NCBI GenBank assembly: GCA_964248365.1
Contig: CAXTYC010000019.1
Location: forward strand, 1-64,000
Direction of reading: 5' to 3'
DNA length: 64,000 nt
Source of the DNA: an uncultured Chroococcidiopsis sp.
GTDB lineage: Bacteria > Cyanobacteriota > Cyanobacteriia > Cyanobacteriales > Chroococcidiopsidaceae
In this document: positions 1 through 9,871 of the stretch, one piece after another
Layout of the letters: every line of letters starts with the position of its first letter
Numbering within the stretch: the first letter of the stretch is position 1
The notes under the pieces: model-generated
What the model was told of the DNA's origin: nothing
Database searches by the model: none
Seen by the model: the letters and a program-made list of their open reading frames with translations, nothing else
Position numbers and translations under genes: made by a program

Positions 1-13
1 TTACTGCCTAAGC

Positions 14-54
14 GACTTTTCAAACAGCCTCTAACCCTTAACCAAGAAGTATTG
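14..54 (-). mobile_element. Probable IS/MITE terminal sequence(s) interrupting hsdM
   Basis: Minus strand reads CAATACTTCTTGGTTAAG-GGTTA-GAGGCTGTTTGAAAAGTC. TGTTTGAAAAGTC also opens the IS5 relic at 58603-58620. Confidence 0.45.
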
Positions 55-192
55 CGCCCTTTCCTGCTCCAAATCATCCAAATACTTCAAAAACAGCAGC
101 CAAGAGGTTTGCTCGGTATAATCTAACTCTGTAGTACAACCCGCCTCTTTCCAGAGAACATCATCGATATTTTTAAAAGTTTGCTCAAACAT
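31..192 (-). pseudogene. hsdM: Truncated type I restriction-modification methyltransferase subunit (HsdM N-terminus), transposon cargo
   Basis: Manual translation from ATG at 192 gives MFEQTFKNIDDVLWKEAGCTTELDYTEQTSWLLFLKYLDDLEQERAQ, a typical HsdM N-terminus. It then diverges to YFLVKG-stop in IS-end-like sequence. Not in the ORF track (<60 aa). Confidence 0.8.
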
Positions 193-287
193 TTAGCTTT
201 ACTGTGGGATTTTTAATATTAATGGCTTGGCTTATATGCACCTACAAGGTGAAATGAGCGTGCGATTCGTTGAGTGCTAAATCACGG

Positions 288-806
288 TTAAAAACTGTGA
301 CTGTTTCTTTTAGTCTTTTGCATTTGTCCCATTTCTGCAAAAGTTGTAAAACAACGTTGACACCATCCATCCGCCCACAAAGCAGGAATTTTAAACCTTG
401 CTCCACAGTTGGGACATTCTGAAAGTAAACTTAGCTGGTGGCGATCGCACCCTGTTGTTGTCTTAAAGTGCCATTCAATCTTGTGATAAGGCGACTGGGC
501 ATAACACGCCCCACACAAGCGAATCGGTTCATGCTTCATCCCAACTCCTTCAGGCGGTAACATTTCCTGCAAGCGATTGGCATCCACTTGAACCAACGCG
601 CGCTAATGCTTCCAACTCCATAAGTGACGGAAACGGATTGAGATAAAACTTTTCGATCGCGTGCTACAACGCCTCCAATTCCTGCCACTGTTCCTAAGCC
701 TGAAGCAGATAAATCATTTTCCCGTCGAAATCGTCCTTTGAAAATGACTTAAACTTTCTCCCTCTAGTGGTGCGATCGCAAATAGCCAAGGTTGAATTTC
801 ATCCAT
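288..806 (-). pseudogene. tniQ: TniQ family target-selector protein, frameshifted
   Basis: ATG at 806 gives MDEIQPWLFAIAPLEGESLSHF, then frameshifts. The ORF 288..596 holds the C-terminal Zn motifs (RLCGAC, CDRH, CPNCG, CQRC) typical of V-K CAST TniQ. Confidence 0.88.
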
Positions 807-1270
807 TACTTATACTCCAACGCCACCTCTTCCAAGGTTGCCCGATTGATCTTCGTCAATCCCTTCTCCAAAGCCCTAATTCCCGCTTCGCGCACTCATC
901 ATATCCATCAACCCAAATCTTGTATTTCAGATGCTCAATAATCACCCGAAATAACTCCCCTGAGCTACATTCTTGGGGAGGTTGAATATACACTACAGGC
1001 ACAATCGGGGGTTTTCCTACTTCTTGAATTGGTCTGTGCCTTAATCTGTAAGAATCACAAGCTACAGTTTTTCCCGTCCGCGAGCCTAGAACTCTACAAG
1101 ATTGACGCGATCGCCGCTTTCCTTCTAACCAATCATGGAAAAATGCAAACTTGCTCCAACTCCACAATATTTTTGTGCCGTAATCGTTCAATCTCTACTT
1201 GTAACTTTGCATCTAGAGACTTAATTTCTCCTAATTGTTCAGCGACAGCTTGAGCTTTATTTTCTGTCAT
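806..1270 (-). pseudogene. tnsC: TnsC/TniB AAA+ ATPase, frameshifted with large internal deletion
   Basis: Starts MTENKAQAVAEQLGEI. After a frameshift comes HDWLEGKRRSRQSCRVLGSRTGKT (Walker A). The C-terminus REAGIRALEKGLTKINRATLEEVALEYK-stop is joined directly after LKYKI, so Walker B is missing. Confidence 0.88.
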
Positions 1271-2936
1271 TATTGCCACCCATAATCCTCTTTTAATTGG
1301 TCATAATTCAACACCCTTGGTTTTCTTCTAGGTGCTGGTGTATCTTCAATTTCTGGTTCTGGTTCAACCTCAACAGGCTTATATTGCGGCACGACAGAAT
1401 GTAATTGTTTCTGTTCTTCCTTTTGCCGTTCCTTCTTCGTCTTCTTCTTAGAAACAAAAATATCTCGCTCTCGAACTTCTGACAAAATCGAAGAATTACT
1501 AATTGTTTTTCCCTTCTCCCGAATTTTCTGATTACTTGCCTTAACTTCTTCTAGCGATACTTGTTCCTTCTCTAATCCAGTTGCATAAGCCCTAGCTAAA
1601 AACACTTCCTTTTCTTTTTGCCGTTGATAAACCAGCACGCTGGTAATATCTCTAGGGTCATAACGCAAAACTACTTGCTCACCCGCATATCCCGCTAAAT
1701 GCTCCCCTTGATACATCAAATTCTCAAACCGGGTATAACCTTCTCGGTAAATCGAGCGATTGGTCTGCTTCATCAAACAAATATCCAAATCTCGCTCGCC
1801 GATTAAATCTGGCGTTGCTAATAAACCTGCTTCCCAACGTTGATAGCGCGTCTGATCTCCCATGCGCTTATCAATCCGTTGGTTGTAGTTATCTACGATG
1901 TAGCGAACAATTAACTTTTCCAATTCCCGCAGCGTTAAACACGCTTCCTTTTCTGCTTGTTCTGGACGTTGCTGCACATTTGACCCAACGTATCCAGGTA
2001 ATGCCGCAAATAACTCCGTGTTCAACGTCCCGAATGGACGCTCAACCACACCACCTTCACGCTCGTCGATCTCTTAAAACGCAAGTAAAACCTAACTGTA
2101 CGCCAATTTGTTTTAAATGTTCAGAGCGAAAATCTTTGCCCCCATCTGTAAATAAATATTCTGGTTTCCCATAGGTTCCCCACTGGCAATGCAACCCATA
2201 CTCAGTGCCATAATTTTTAGGCAACATTGCATGACGCAACGCTAACGCTACCACTTGAGAACTTGGCGCATCAAACCCGACGCGAAGCCCCATAATACAG
2301 CGTGAATAAGTATCAATTACCGTTGTCAACCAAGGACGACCAATAATTTCCCCTTCAATATCAACCACCAACACATCGACCCAAGTATGGTCACATTGCC
2401 ACAGATGATTGCTGTATTCCACTGCAATATCTTCACCTGTACGAGTTTTGACTGATAACTGCGAACCTCGCCAACCTGGTGTGCGAATCCCTTTCTTTTG
2501 CTCTAATTCTTCAATAAGGGGCTGTAGTACGCGATAAACTGTGCGGTAATTCGGATAATCTTCCTCTCCCAATTCCTTTGCTCTCGCTTCTACCCTTAAA
2601 GCAACCTGCTTGCGAGACATCCGCTTACTACCCTTGTTCCCTTCACGGTAGGTTTTGATAATAAAGTCTTGCCACTGTTGAGGAATGCGGTGCTTACCTT
2701 TATCTGCTGTCTCTGCCCCAGTCAGGGCTAATAAACCTTCTTCTTCCCACTTTTGCACCAATCGCTGCACCGTTCTCACTGACTTACCCAGCTTGTTTGC
2801 AGCATCGTTGAGGCGTTGTCCGTAGGAGGCGCGATCGCACGGCTCAAGTAAACTCAAGGGTAATTTCTAGCTTCAGTTTCGCCTCATGCGAGAGTTCCGT
2901 CACAATTGCAGAGGCATCAGGATTATCTGTCGCCAT
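1270..2936 (-). pseudogene. tnsB: TnsB Mu-like DDE transposase, split by two frameshifts (near 2860 and 2060)
   Basis: ATG at 2936 gives MATDNPDASAIVTELSHEAKLKLEI. ORFs 2057..2857 (WQCDHT, TDGGKDF) and 1270..2049 (VERPFGT, Mu C-terminal) are consecutive pieces of a V-K-type TnsB. Confidence 0.92.
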
Positions 2937-2984
2937 GTTTTAACAAAAATGTCTAATTGCAACACAATGTAATTCTAGTGAAAA

Positions 2985-3201
2985 TGACAAACAATCTGTC
3001 AAAAATGATAATAATCTTCATTTCCAAATTTCGACAGGTAATTTGACAATTTGCAGAGATTTGACACTTAATTTGTCAATCAGTTTCACATAAGGGTGAA
3101 GATATTAAAATAGCCTGTAACCTTTGTAGAGTAATGGTTACAAGCTAGAATTATTTGTGTCAATTAATTTGGCAACACGACAAATAATTAGTCAATCGAC
3201 A
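2985..3201 (-). mobile_element. Tn7-like transposon end with five TnsB-binding sites and terminal TGT
   Basis: 17-bp YGACA-N7-TGTCA-like repeats at 2985, 3032, 3062, 3158 and 3178. The end reads TGTCGATTGACTAATTATTTGTCG on the minus strand, with the terminal base at 3201. Confidence 0.85.
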
Positions 3202-3277
3202 TTAGAAAAAAGTTTGAGGTAGAACCTCCTATTTACTTTCAGGCTGAGCCTGGAAGTGAGGGGGAAGGTTGATCCCT

Positions 3278-3464
3278 TTTGAAAAGAAATGAATCAACGA
3301 GTTGATCAGGGGGATCTTCTTGTATTGTGGTGGGCAATGCCCACCCTACTTGTACTACTTATTGTACTGATCTCGTTTGAAAGGAAATGAATCAACGAGT
3401 TAAACAGGGGGGATCTTCTTGTATTGTGGTGGGCAATGCCCACCCTACTTGTACTACTTATTGT
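3278..3464. repeat. Tandem duplication of an ~88-bp unit containing REP-like GTGGGCAATGCCCACCCTAC
   Basis: Two near-identical copies at ~3278-3365 and ~3376-3464. Confidence 0.85.
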
Positions 3465-3486
3465 GGTAGGCATGGGTGGAATACAG

Positions 3487-5040
3487 TTAACCGCCGCTTT
3501 CCTGAAATCCCTTGACAATTCGGGATAATTCTGCTTTTTCATCCACACTAACTCTTGTGGGAGAACCGCTGATAATTCCTTCGTAGTTGCTGAAAGAATC
3601 AGTAATTTCGGGACCATCAACACTGATTGTATATTCGCGGATACCTTTATCATGCCAGGAACCACGCATTTTAAAGACGTTAATCGCCCTGGACATTTGC
3701 CCCCGAATTTCTACATACTGTAGCAATAAAATCGTATCTGTAATTGTAGAAATATGAGATTCTGTAATTGAATACGCTCCCATAAATTGATCGGTTGTGT
3801 TGGTGAAAAAGCCTGTTATCTCTTCTTGTTTAGCAAAGCCAGTCACACCAATCACAAACTGTCTAAATGCATTATTGCTCACTCCTCGTGTCAAAGCTGA
3901 AAGCGAATCAATGGCTATTCTGGCTGGCTTAAATTCGGCTATTTCTGATTTAATAATTTGCAAATGATCTTCCAATCCAGCAGATTCTGGATAAGCACAA
4001 ATAATTTTTAATAAACCTTTTTTTTCTAACTCTTCAAAATCAATTCCCCAAGAAGAGGCGTTACGGGATAATTGAGCGCGCGATTCTTCATAAGCAAATA
4101 AAATTGCGCGTTCGCCATTAAGACAGCCATTTTCTAGAAACTTGCTTACTAGCAATGTCTTACCTGTACCAGTTGCACCCGTTGCTAAAATAATCGAATC
4201 TCTGAAGAAACCACCGCCACACATCTGATCGAGTGTTTTAACTCCAGAAGATACTCGCACATTAGAAGAGCGTTGAGTTAGTTGCATTGCTCCCAATGGG
4301 AAGATATTTACACCGTCATTGGTAATGGTGAAAGGATACTCTCCTTTCATGTGAGTTGTACCGCGCAACTTCAAAATTTCTATCGTACGACGGCGGCGTT
4401 CGCCTTCCAAAACATTGCGGACGATCGCTACATTATCCGCTACAAACTCTTCTACCCCAAAAGACGCGATCGCTCCATACTCCTGTGTGCGCTCAGTGGT
4501 AATAATAGTAGTAACACCAATTTGTTTTAGCCTTGCCACTAGCCGAAAAATCTCTCGCCGTACAACCGCAGCAGCTTCATATTGTTGAAACACTGCTGTA
4601 ATTGAATCGATAGAAACACGCTTTGCCTTGTATTTATTAATCGCGTATTGCAGCCGCTCAATCAGAGCCGAAAGATCAAAATTACCAATAACTTCCTGTC
4701 CTTCGGGATCGGGAGAAGCGTCTAGAATAAATAACTTGCCTTCCTCTATTAATTTTTGCAAATTCCACCCAAAACTGTGAGCATTTTTGATAATATCAGA
4801 AGGTGATTCTTCAAAAGTTACAAATACTCCTGGTTCATCAAATAAAATTATTCCATTATAAAGAAACTGAATAGAAAATAAAGTTTTGCCAGTACCAGAA
4901 GTGCCGCTGAATAGGGTTGCTCTACCAAGCGGTAAGCCGCCATGACTAATATCATCGAATCCCTCAATCATCGTGCGAATTTTTTGCACACCTTCATAAG
5001 GGTGAATATTTGTTTGCTTACTAGAGATAATTTCACTCAT
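3487..5040 (-). CDS. kaiC: Circadian clock protein KaiC
   Basis: Two RecA-like domains (GTSGTGKT, GATGTGKT), phosphosite motif SHISTITD and C-terminal tail ISGSPTR. Confidence 0.98.
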   Translation of the reverse strand: MSEIISSKQTNIHPYEGVQKIRTMIEGFDDISHGGLPLGRATLFSGTSGTGKTLFSIQFLYNGIILFDEPGVFVTFEESPSDIIKNAHSFGWNLQKLIEEGKLFILDASPDPEGQEVIGNFDLSALIERLQYAINKYKAKRVSIDSITAVFQQYEAAAVVRREIFRLVARLKQIGVTTIITTERTQEYGAIASFGVEEFVADNVAIVRNVLEGERRRRTIEILKLRGTTHMKGEYPFTITNDGVNIFPLGAMQLTQRSSNVRVSSGVKTLDQMCGGGFFRDSIILATGATGTGKTLLVSKFLENGCLNGERAILFAYEESRAQLSRNASSWGIDFEELEKKGLLKIICAYPESAGLEDHLQIIKSEIAEFKPARIAIDSLSALTRGVSNNAFRQFVIGVTGFAKQEEITGFFTNTTDQFMGAYSITESHISTITDTILLLQYVEIRGQMSRAINVFKMRGSWHDKGIREYTISVDGPEITDSFSNYEGIISGSPTRVSVDEKAELSRIVKGFQESGG

Positions 5041-5132
5041 TGCTCGATATTAAAAAAGTTTATTTTCACTCAAAAACTGAATTTCTCAAATAATTTTACT
5101 AAAAAAGGTTGTAAAAACTCGCTCTAACTGGG

Positions 5133-5456
5133 CTACTGATCGAATAGCTTTGCTTCTGCTTCAATTAATTCTTCGTACAATAGATCCAATCCGATTAATA
5201 CCTTTTCTCGGTCTGACAGATCACCAATGATTTTGCGAACTGGCGGTGGTAGAATCTTTGATAGAGTTGGCGTTGCTAAAATTTTATCTTCCTCTGCCAA
5301 TTGAGGATTTTTTAGCACATCAATCACTTTTAGGGCATAAACACCCTGGAACTCCTGTTCTAGAATATTTCTGAGTGTTCTTAAAGCTCTAATCGAGTTG
5401 GGGGTATTTCCAGCTACGTAAAGCTTGAGAACATAAGTTTTTTGAGGCGCAGTCAT
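5133..5456 (-). CDS. kaiB: Circadian clock protein KaiB
   Basis: [15 protein letters not shown] ... [23 protein letters not shown]. Confidence 0.98.
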   Translation of the reverse strand: MTAPQKTYVLKLYVAGNTPNSIRALRTLRNILEQEFQGVYALKVIDVLKNPQLAEEDKILATPTLSKILPPPVRKIIGDLSDREKVLIGLDLLYEELIEAEAKLFDQ

Positions 5457-5525
5457 AAAAGCGCAGTATTTAAGTAGGTTAGTTTAACTATAGAGATGCT
5501 AACAAATTTCCCAGGTCAAAATTAT

Positions 5526-5870
5526 TTAGGATAGAGAGGAACGATAGATTTCGCATAAGTGTGCCAGTACATCGATCAAAGTTATGCGGTAATCTAGTAA
5601 AATTTCATCACTGCGTCCTTCTATTTTCAGTTTTTTGGAAAAATCATCAATTAATTCCATGTGAATCTCAATTATCTGCGGAATGGGAATTTTAGCATTA
5701 AAAACTTTATTAATAAATTTATCGATTTGTTGTTTAACTGTTGTGTCATTAGTAAAGTAGTTTAAAAGGATCTGACGGTAATCTGCTTTCAGTTGCTGCA
5801 AAAATTCCTCTTGTGTAGTACCTGGCATCGGCAAAGGATAATCTTTCGTGTTCTTGTTGATGGTGTCCAC
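5526..5870 (-). CDS. kaiA: Circadian clock protein KaiA, short form (C-terminal domain only)
   Basis: YRQILLNYF, IIEIHMELIDDFSKKLKIEGRSDEILLDYRITLIDVLAHLCEIYR. An in-frame TAG lies immediately upstream of the GTG start. Confidence 0.93.
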   Translation of the reverse strand: MDTINKNTKDYPLPMPGTTQEEFLQQLKADYRQILLNYFTNDTTVKQQIDKFINKVFNAKIPIPQIIEIHMELIDDFSKKLKIEGRSDEILLDYRITLIDVLAHLCEIYRSSLS

Positions 5871-6468
5871 CTATGCAGCTAATCAGTAGGTGGGAGGAGC
5901 AAAGGAAAATAATTTTTAAATCTATCTTTAGATAATTGCGCTTGTGAGTATACTTAACTCAACCTGACAGCAGGGGTAATTTATTAATTTGGGTTTTTGT
6001 TGTTTTGTTTTCAATTAGTTAAGTAAAGTAAATTTAGATTGCATTTTGGGCAATATTTGGCATTGCTAGGGAAAAAATTCTAGAGTAAATCAGATGCAGG
6101 CGTAATTAGCCAGAGATCAAGCAATCAAAAAGGTACTCCTCGTGCGGGCGATCGTGACCAAATGTTTTTTATCTTAAGAATATATACCGATAAGCTGTTG
6201 CTCTAACTCCTCAATAACTTTTTTAAACGAAATCAAAATATTATAGCGTTTTAATTCATTATAATTGCGACGCAATTATGTCTGACAGACGATAAATTGT
6301 ATATAACCGAATCAGGCAAACGACAGGAGAGTTATAACTGTAGCTGATTATTTCTTTGAAGCTTGTAATTTTAAACAAGAAAGTGCTATTGGGCTTCAAA
6401 ACTACCTGGTTCATTGTGAACTGCGGATGCACACTTTCTTACTGCCCCACTAACCACTCGCTCGCCTC

Positions 6469-9400
6469 ATGTCAAAAACCAAGTACATACTATGTGATTT
6501 TATAGCGACTGTACCCAGTTGTGTGCAGACGACAAGCCTAGCTGTCGTCCTAGAGATGTTAAGCCTTGGGCAAAGCGATCGCGTGGTAGTTTTAGATCAG
6601 CAGCAATACCCAATTGGAGTACTACAACTGCGGCGCTTGATGCCTCAGTTAATGCAGCTATCCAAAAATGGCATCAGTTTAGATTCGCCGCCGAACCTTA
6701 GCCAAATAGGTGTTGAGCTAGTCGAACCAGTGGGAACCCTACCAGCTTCTTTGAATGTAGAAAAATTTAAATCGTACCTAGACTCGCAACATACGCAAAT
6801 AAATACAGACTGCGAATGGGCGCTGATTGACTGTGACGGTAAATACGTAGGAATGCTTGAAAGTACCCGCCTGTGGAAATTTTTGGCATCGCAAGTCGCA
6901 GTTATAGATCAAGAACCGCCTGAACATTCGGTTCAAATGCCTCAAAACACTAGCATTGAACCATACAAAGTTGATTTGCTAGTACAACTGTTAGAAAGAT
7001 TGCCTATACCTTTAATGCTACAAACTGGTATAGGCGAGGTGATTACTCAAAATCCAGCTTGGTGTGAGGAATTTGGAGCATTAAGCGAACCAGAAGCAGT
7101 CAGACAAGAAGTAGAAGCAATACTGAAAACCCACGACGAGCAGGGAGCAGGGGAGCAGGGGAGCAGGGGAGCAGGGGAGGCTGGGGAGAGAACCCAATCC
7201 AAAATCCAAAATCCAAAATCCAAAATCCAAAATCCCCTCACCCCTGGCTTGGAAGATTCTACTACTGCTTTGAGTCACTGCCAGCTAGGGAATCAACCTG
7301 GGACGTGCATTTGTGTTTGGTCAGGACCCAATGGTGCAGAGAGAGTATGGCAGTTTATCAAAATTCCTTTACTGATGTCAGTAGTCAGTAATCAGCCAGA
7401 AAACCAGCAAATCTGGGTGTTATTGGCTAATGATGTCACTGAACAGCAGCAAATGGCATCGGAATTAGCAGCAAAAAATGCTGATTTAATTTTGTTAAAT
7501 CGCCTGAAAGATGAATTTTTAGCTTGTATTAGTCATGAGTTAAGAACGCCCCTGACTGCCATGATGGGATTGTCTACTTTGCTCAAAGATCAGGCATTGG
7601 GAAAGCTAAATGAGCGACAAGCTCGTTATGCACGGCTGATTCATGAAAATGGTCGCCATTTGATGAGCGTAGTCAATGACATTTTAGATTTGACGAGGAT
7701 GGAGACAGGACAGATCGAGCTGACACTAGAACCAGTTAAGATTCGTAAAGTGTGCGATCGCGCGATCGAGCAAGCAAGAGCTGCTATTGCACCCAAAACT
7801 GGAACAGCAACTTCAGGGGAAGCCAATAACTCAACTGTTCATCGCTTTTCCCTGGTGATTGAACCTGGCTTAGAAAGCATGGTAGCGGATGAATTGCGTT
7901 TGCGCCAGATGCTCGTTCACTTGCTTGCCAACGCCTTTAAGTTTACCGAGTGGGCAGGTGAAATTGGTCTACGGGTGAGTTATTGGGCTGGCTGGATTGC
8001 CTTTACTGTGTGGGATACTGGCATTGGCATCCCCGAACACAAACAGCACTTAATTTTTCAGAAATTCCAACAACTTGAAAATCCCCTCACGCGCCAGTTT
8101 GAAGGCACAGGACTTGGTTTAGTCTTAACCAGAGCGCTAGCTCGTATGCACGGCGGAGATGTCAGCTTTTTGTCCCAAGAAGGCAAAGGCAGCCAATTTA
8201 CCCTGTTATTGCCGCCTAGCCCTCCTAGTAAGAGAGCTGGGGGAGCTGGGGAGGCTGGGGAGGCTGGGGGAGAAAAACCACTCGCCCCTCGCCCCTCGCC
8301 CCTCACCTCTAGCCACTTAGTTTTGGTAGTGGAAGCAGGGCCCCGATTTATTGAAGATCTAGCCGATCAGCTAACTAGTATAGGATATTGGGTTGTAATT
8401 GCTCGGTCAGGAACAGAAGCGTTGGAAAAAGCTCGACGATTGCAGCCTGGAGCTATATTCTTAAATCCATTACTGCCTTTGCTGTCTGGTTGGGATGTGC
8501 TAACTCTACTCAAATCTGATGCAGTTACTAATCAGATCCCTGTAATTGTGACTACAACACGCGCCCAAAAAGATCAGGCTTTCTCTAACCGAGCCGATGA
8601 ATTTTTAAGCTTACCTGTTAAGCGGCAGGTGTTGCAAAAGTTGATGACACGCTTTTGCGGTTCACCATCAGTTTCTGGCTGGGGCAATTTACCTGTGCGT
8701 GTTAATAATAACAGCCAACTGACTATTTTGCGATTGACCAACCATCCTTCATCTGTGAGTGATTACTTGTCAAACGGTACAGGGGAACCGCTATTGGCGC
8801 TTGACTCCTCACCGCTCAATTACCGAGTTTTAGAAGCCGATGATTTAGAGCAAGCAGCACTGCTTGCCCGTATTTGGCAACCGGATGTAGTTTTACTTGA
8901 TGGAGCGATTTTAGATCCCCCCACTTACTTGCAACAACTAGCAGAGTATCCAAATCTAGCAGAGCTACCTATTGTTACTCTAGATGCCGCAACGGTGCAA
9001 GCAGCTAGACAAATAAATAAGCTTTCCGTCTTTCCTTGCCCCACAACAACGCCCCAACCGCCAATGCACGTATTATCATCTGTGCTGCAAATGGCAGCTG
9101 GTATTAGCTGCGAGTACAGTGTGTTAGTAGTCGATGTTGCACAAGAAGATTTGCAACAAGTTGATTTTGAAGCAGCGGCAAAACATTCCTCTTTACCCCA
9201 GGCGCAGTCGTATGTATGTAAGCGTGACACGCATACAGCAAATCGCGCCTACACAGACGCGCCAATACATCCTCACCCCTCACACACTCTCAGGGCTGAG
9301 TGGTTACAGGCTTTGATTCAATACCTTCATAGGGCAGGATTTAGAGGCGTGATGGCTCATTCTTGGGAGGAGGTGCAGCAGCAAATTCAACAACAGAATG

Positions 9401-9804
9401 TTGACTTAATACTGATTTGCTTAGGCGAGTCAAAGCAGGCTTTGAGTGTATTAACAGCACTGACTCTTTTGGAGCAGCAGTATAAATTACCGCCAGTTCT
9501 GGTAATGGAGCGACAATTTAGTCAAAGTGAAGTTAGAGAGCAATTTCCTCATTACTTAGAAGGAGATGGACAAGATTTTCCTAGTTCATACTTCTTTGCT
9601 GACGAATCCAGTAGTGATACCAAGACTCAAACAAATGATAGAGTTCATAACGTCTCTAATCTCGGCTTGGCTACCGCCGAAGCTGATAAATCAGAGTCAT
9701 TGGAAGTGCTGGGAGCGATCGCTACCAAAATTTTACCCTCTTGTGTGTCGATGGAAGAATTGTTAGATCATATCCATCAAACTTTAAAAGAGGGGTGCGT
9801 GTGA
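6469..9804 (+). CDS. Hybrid sensor histidine kinase (CBS-like N-terminus, PAS-like region, HisKA, HATPase, three receiver-like domains)
   Basis: H-box FLACISHELRTPL, N-box LLANAFKFT, G boxes DTGIGI and GTGLGL, and C-terminal receiver folds. Confidence 0.9.
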   Translation: MSKTKYILCDFIATVPSCVQTTSLAVVLEMLSLGQSDRVVVLDQQQYPIGVLQLRRLMPQLMQLSKNGISLDSPPNLSQIGVELVEPVGTLPASLNVEKFKSYLDSQHTQINTDCEWALIDCDGKYVGMLESTRLWKFLASQVAVIDQEPPEHSVQMPQNTSIEPYKVDLLVQLLERLPIPLMLQTGIGEVITQNPAWCEEFGALSEPEAVRQEVEAILKTHDEQGAGEQGSRGAGEAGERTQSKIQNPKSKIQNPLTPGLEDSTTALSHCQLGNQPGTCICVWSGPNGAERVWQFIKIPLLMSVVSNQPENQQIWVLLANDVTEQQQMASELAAKNADLILLNRLKDEFLACISHELRTPLTAMMGLSTLLKDQALGKLNERQARYARLIHENGRHLMSVVNDILDLTRMETGQIELTLEPVKIRKVCDRAIEQARAAIAPKTGTATSGEANNSTVHRFSLVIEPGLESMVADELRLRQMLVHLLANAFKFTEWAGEIGLRVSYWAGWIAFTVWDTGIGIPEHKQHLIFQKFQQLENPLTRQFEGTGLGLVLTRALARMHGGDVSFLSQEGKGSQFTLLLPPSPPSKRAGGAGEAGEAGGEKPLAPRPSPLTSSHLVLVVEAGPRFIEDLADQLTSIGYWVVIARSGTEALEKARRLQPGAIFLNPLLPLLSGWDVLTLLKSDAVTNQIPVIVTTTRAQKDQAFSNRADEFLSLPVKRQVLQKLMTRFCGSPSVSGWGNLPVRVNNNSQLTILRLTNHPSSVSDYLSNGTGEPLLALDSSPLNYRVLEADDLEQAALLARIWQPDVVLLDGAILDPPTYLQQLAEYPNLAELPIVTLDAATVQAARQINKLSVFPCPTTTPQPPMHVLSSVLQMAAGISCEYSVLVVDVAQEDLQQVDFEAAAKHSSLPQAQSYVCKRDTHTANRAYTDAPIHPHPSHTLRAEWLQALIQYLHRAGFRGVMAHSWEEVQQQIQQQNVDLILICLGESKQALSVLTALTLLEQQYKLPPVLVMERQFSQSEVREQFPHYLEGDGQDFPSSYFFADESSSDTKTQTNDRVHNVSNLGLATAEADKSESLEVLGAIATKILPSCVSMEELLDHIHQTLKEGCV
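7141..7232 (+). repeat. Short tandem repeats inserted in frame in the kinase gene
   Basis: CAGGGGAG-type repeats followed by (AATCCAA)n, translating as GAGEQGSRG...SKIQNPKSKIQNP. Confidence 0.85.
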
Positions 9805-9871
9805 GGGCAAGGGGGCAAGGGGGCGAGGGGGAGATAGAGACAATTACCAACTACCAACTACCAACTACCAA

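Noticed and set aside
3278..3464. TTTGAAAG-containing duplication as a V-K CRISPR remnant
   Set aside because: Whole ~88-bp units are duplicated with no unique spacer, they do not match the GGGTTGAAAG-type repeat, and they lie outside the transposon end.
3306..3665. 119-aa minus-strand ORF
   Set aside because: Alternative frame of the kaiC 3' end running through the repeat duplication.
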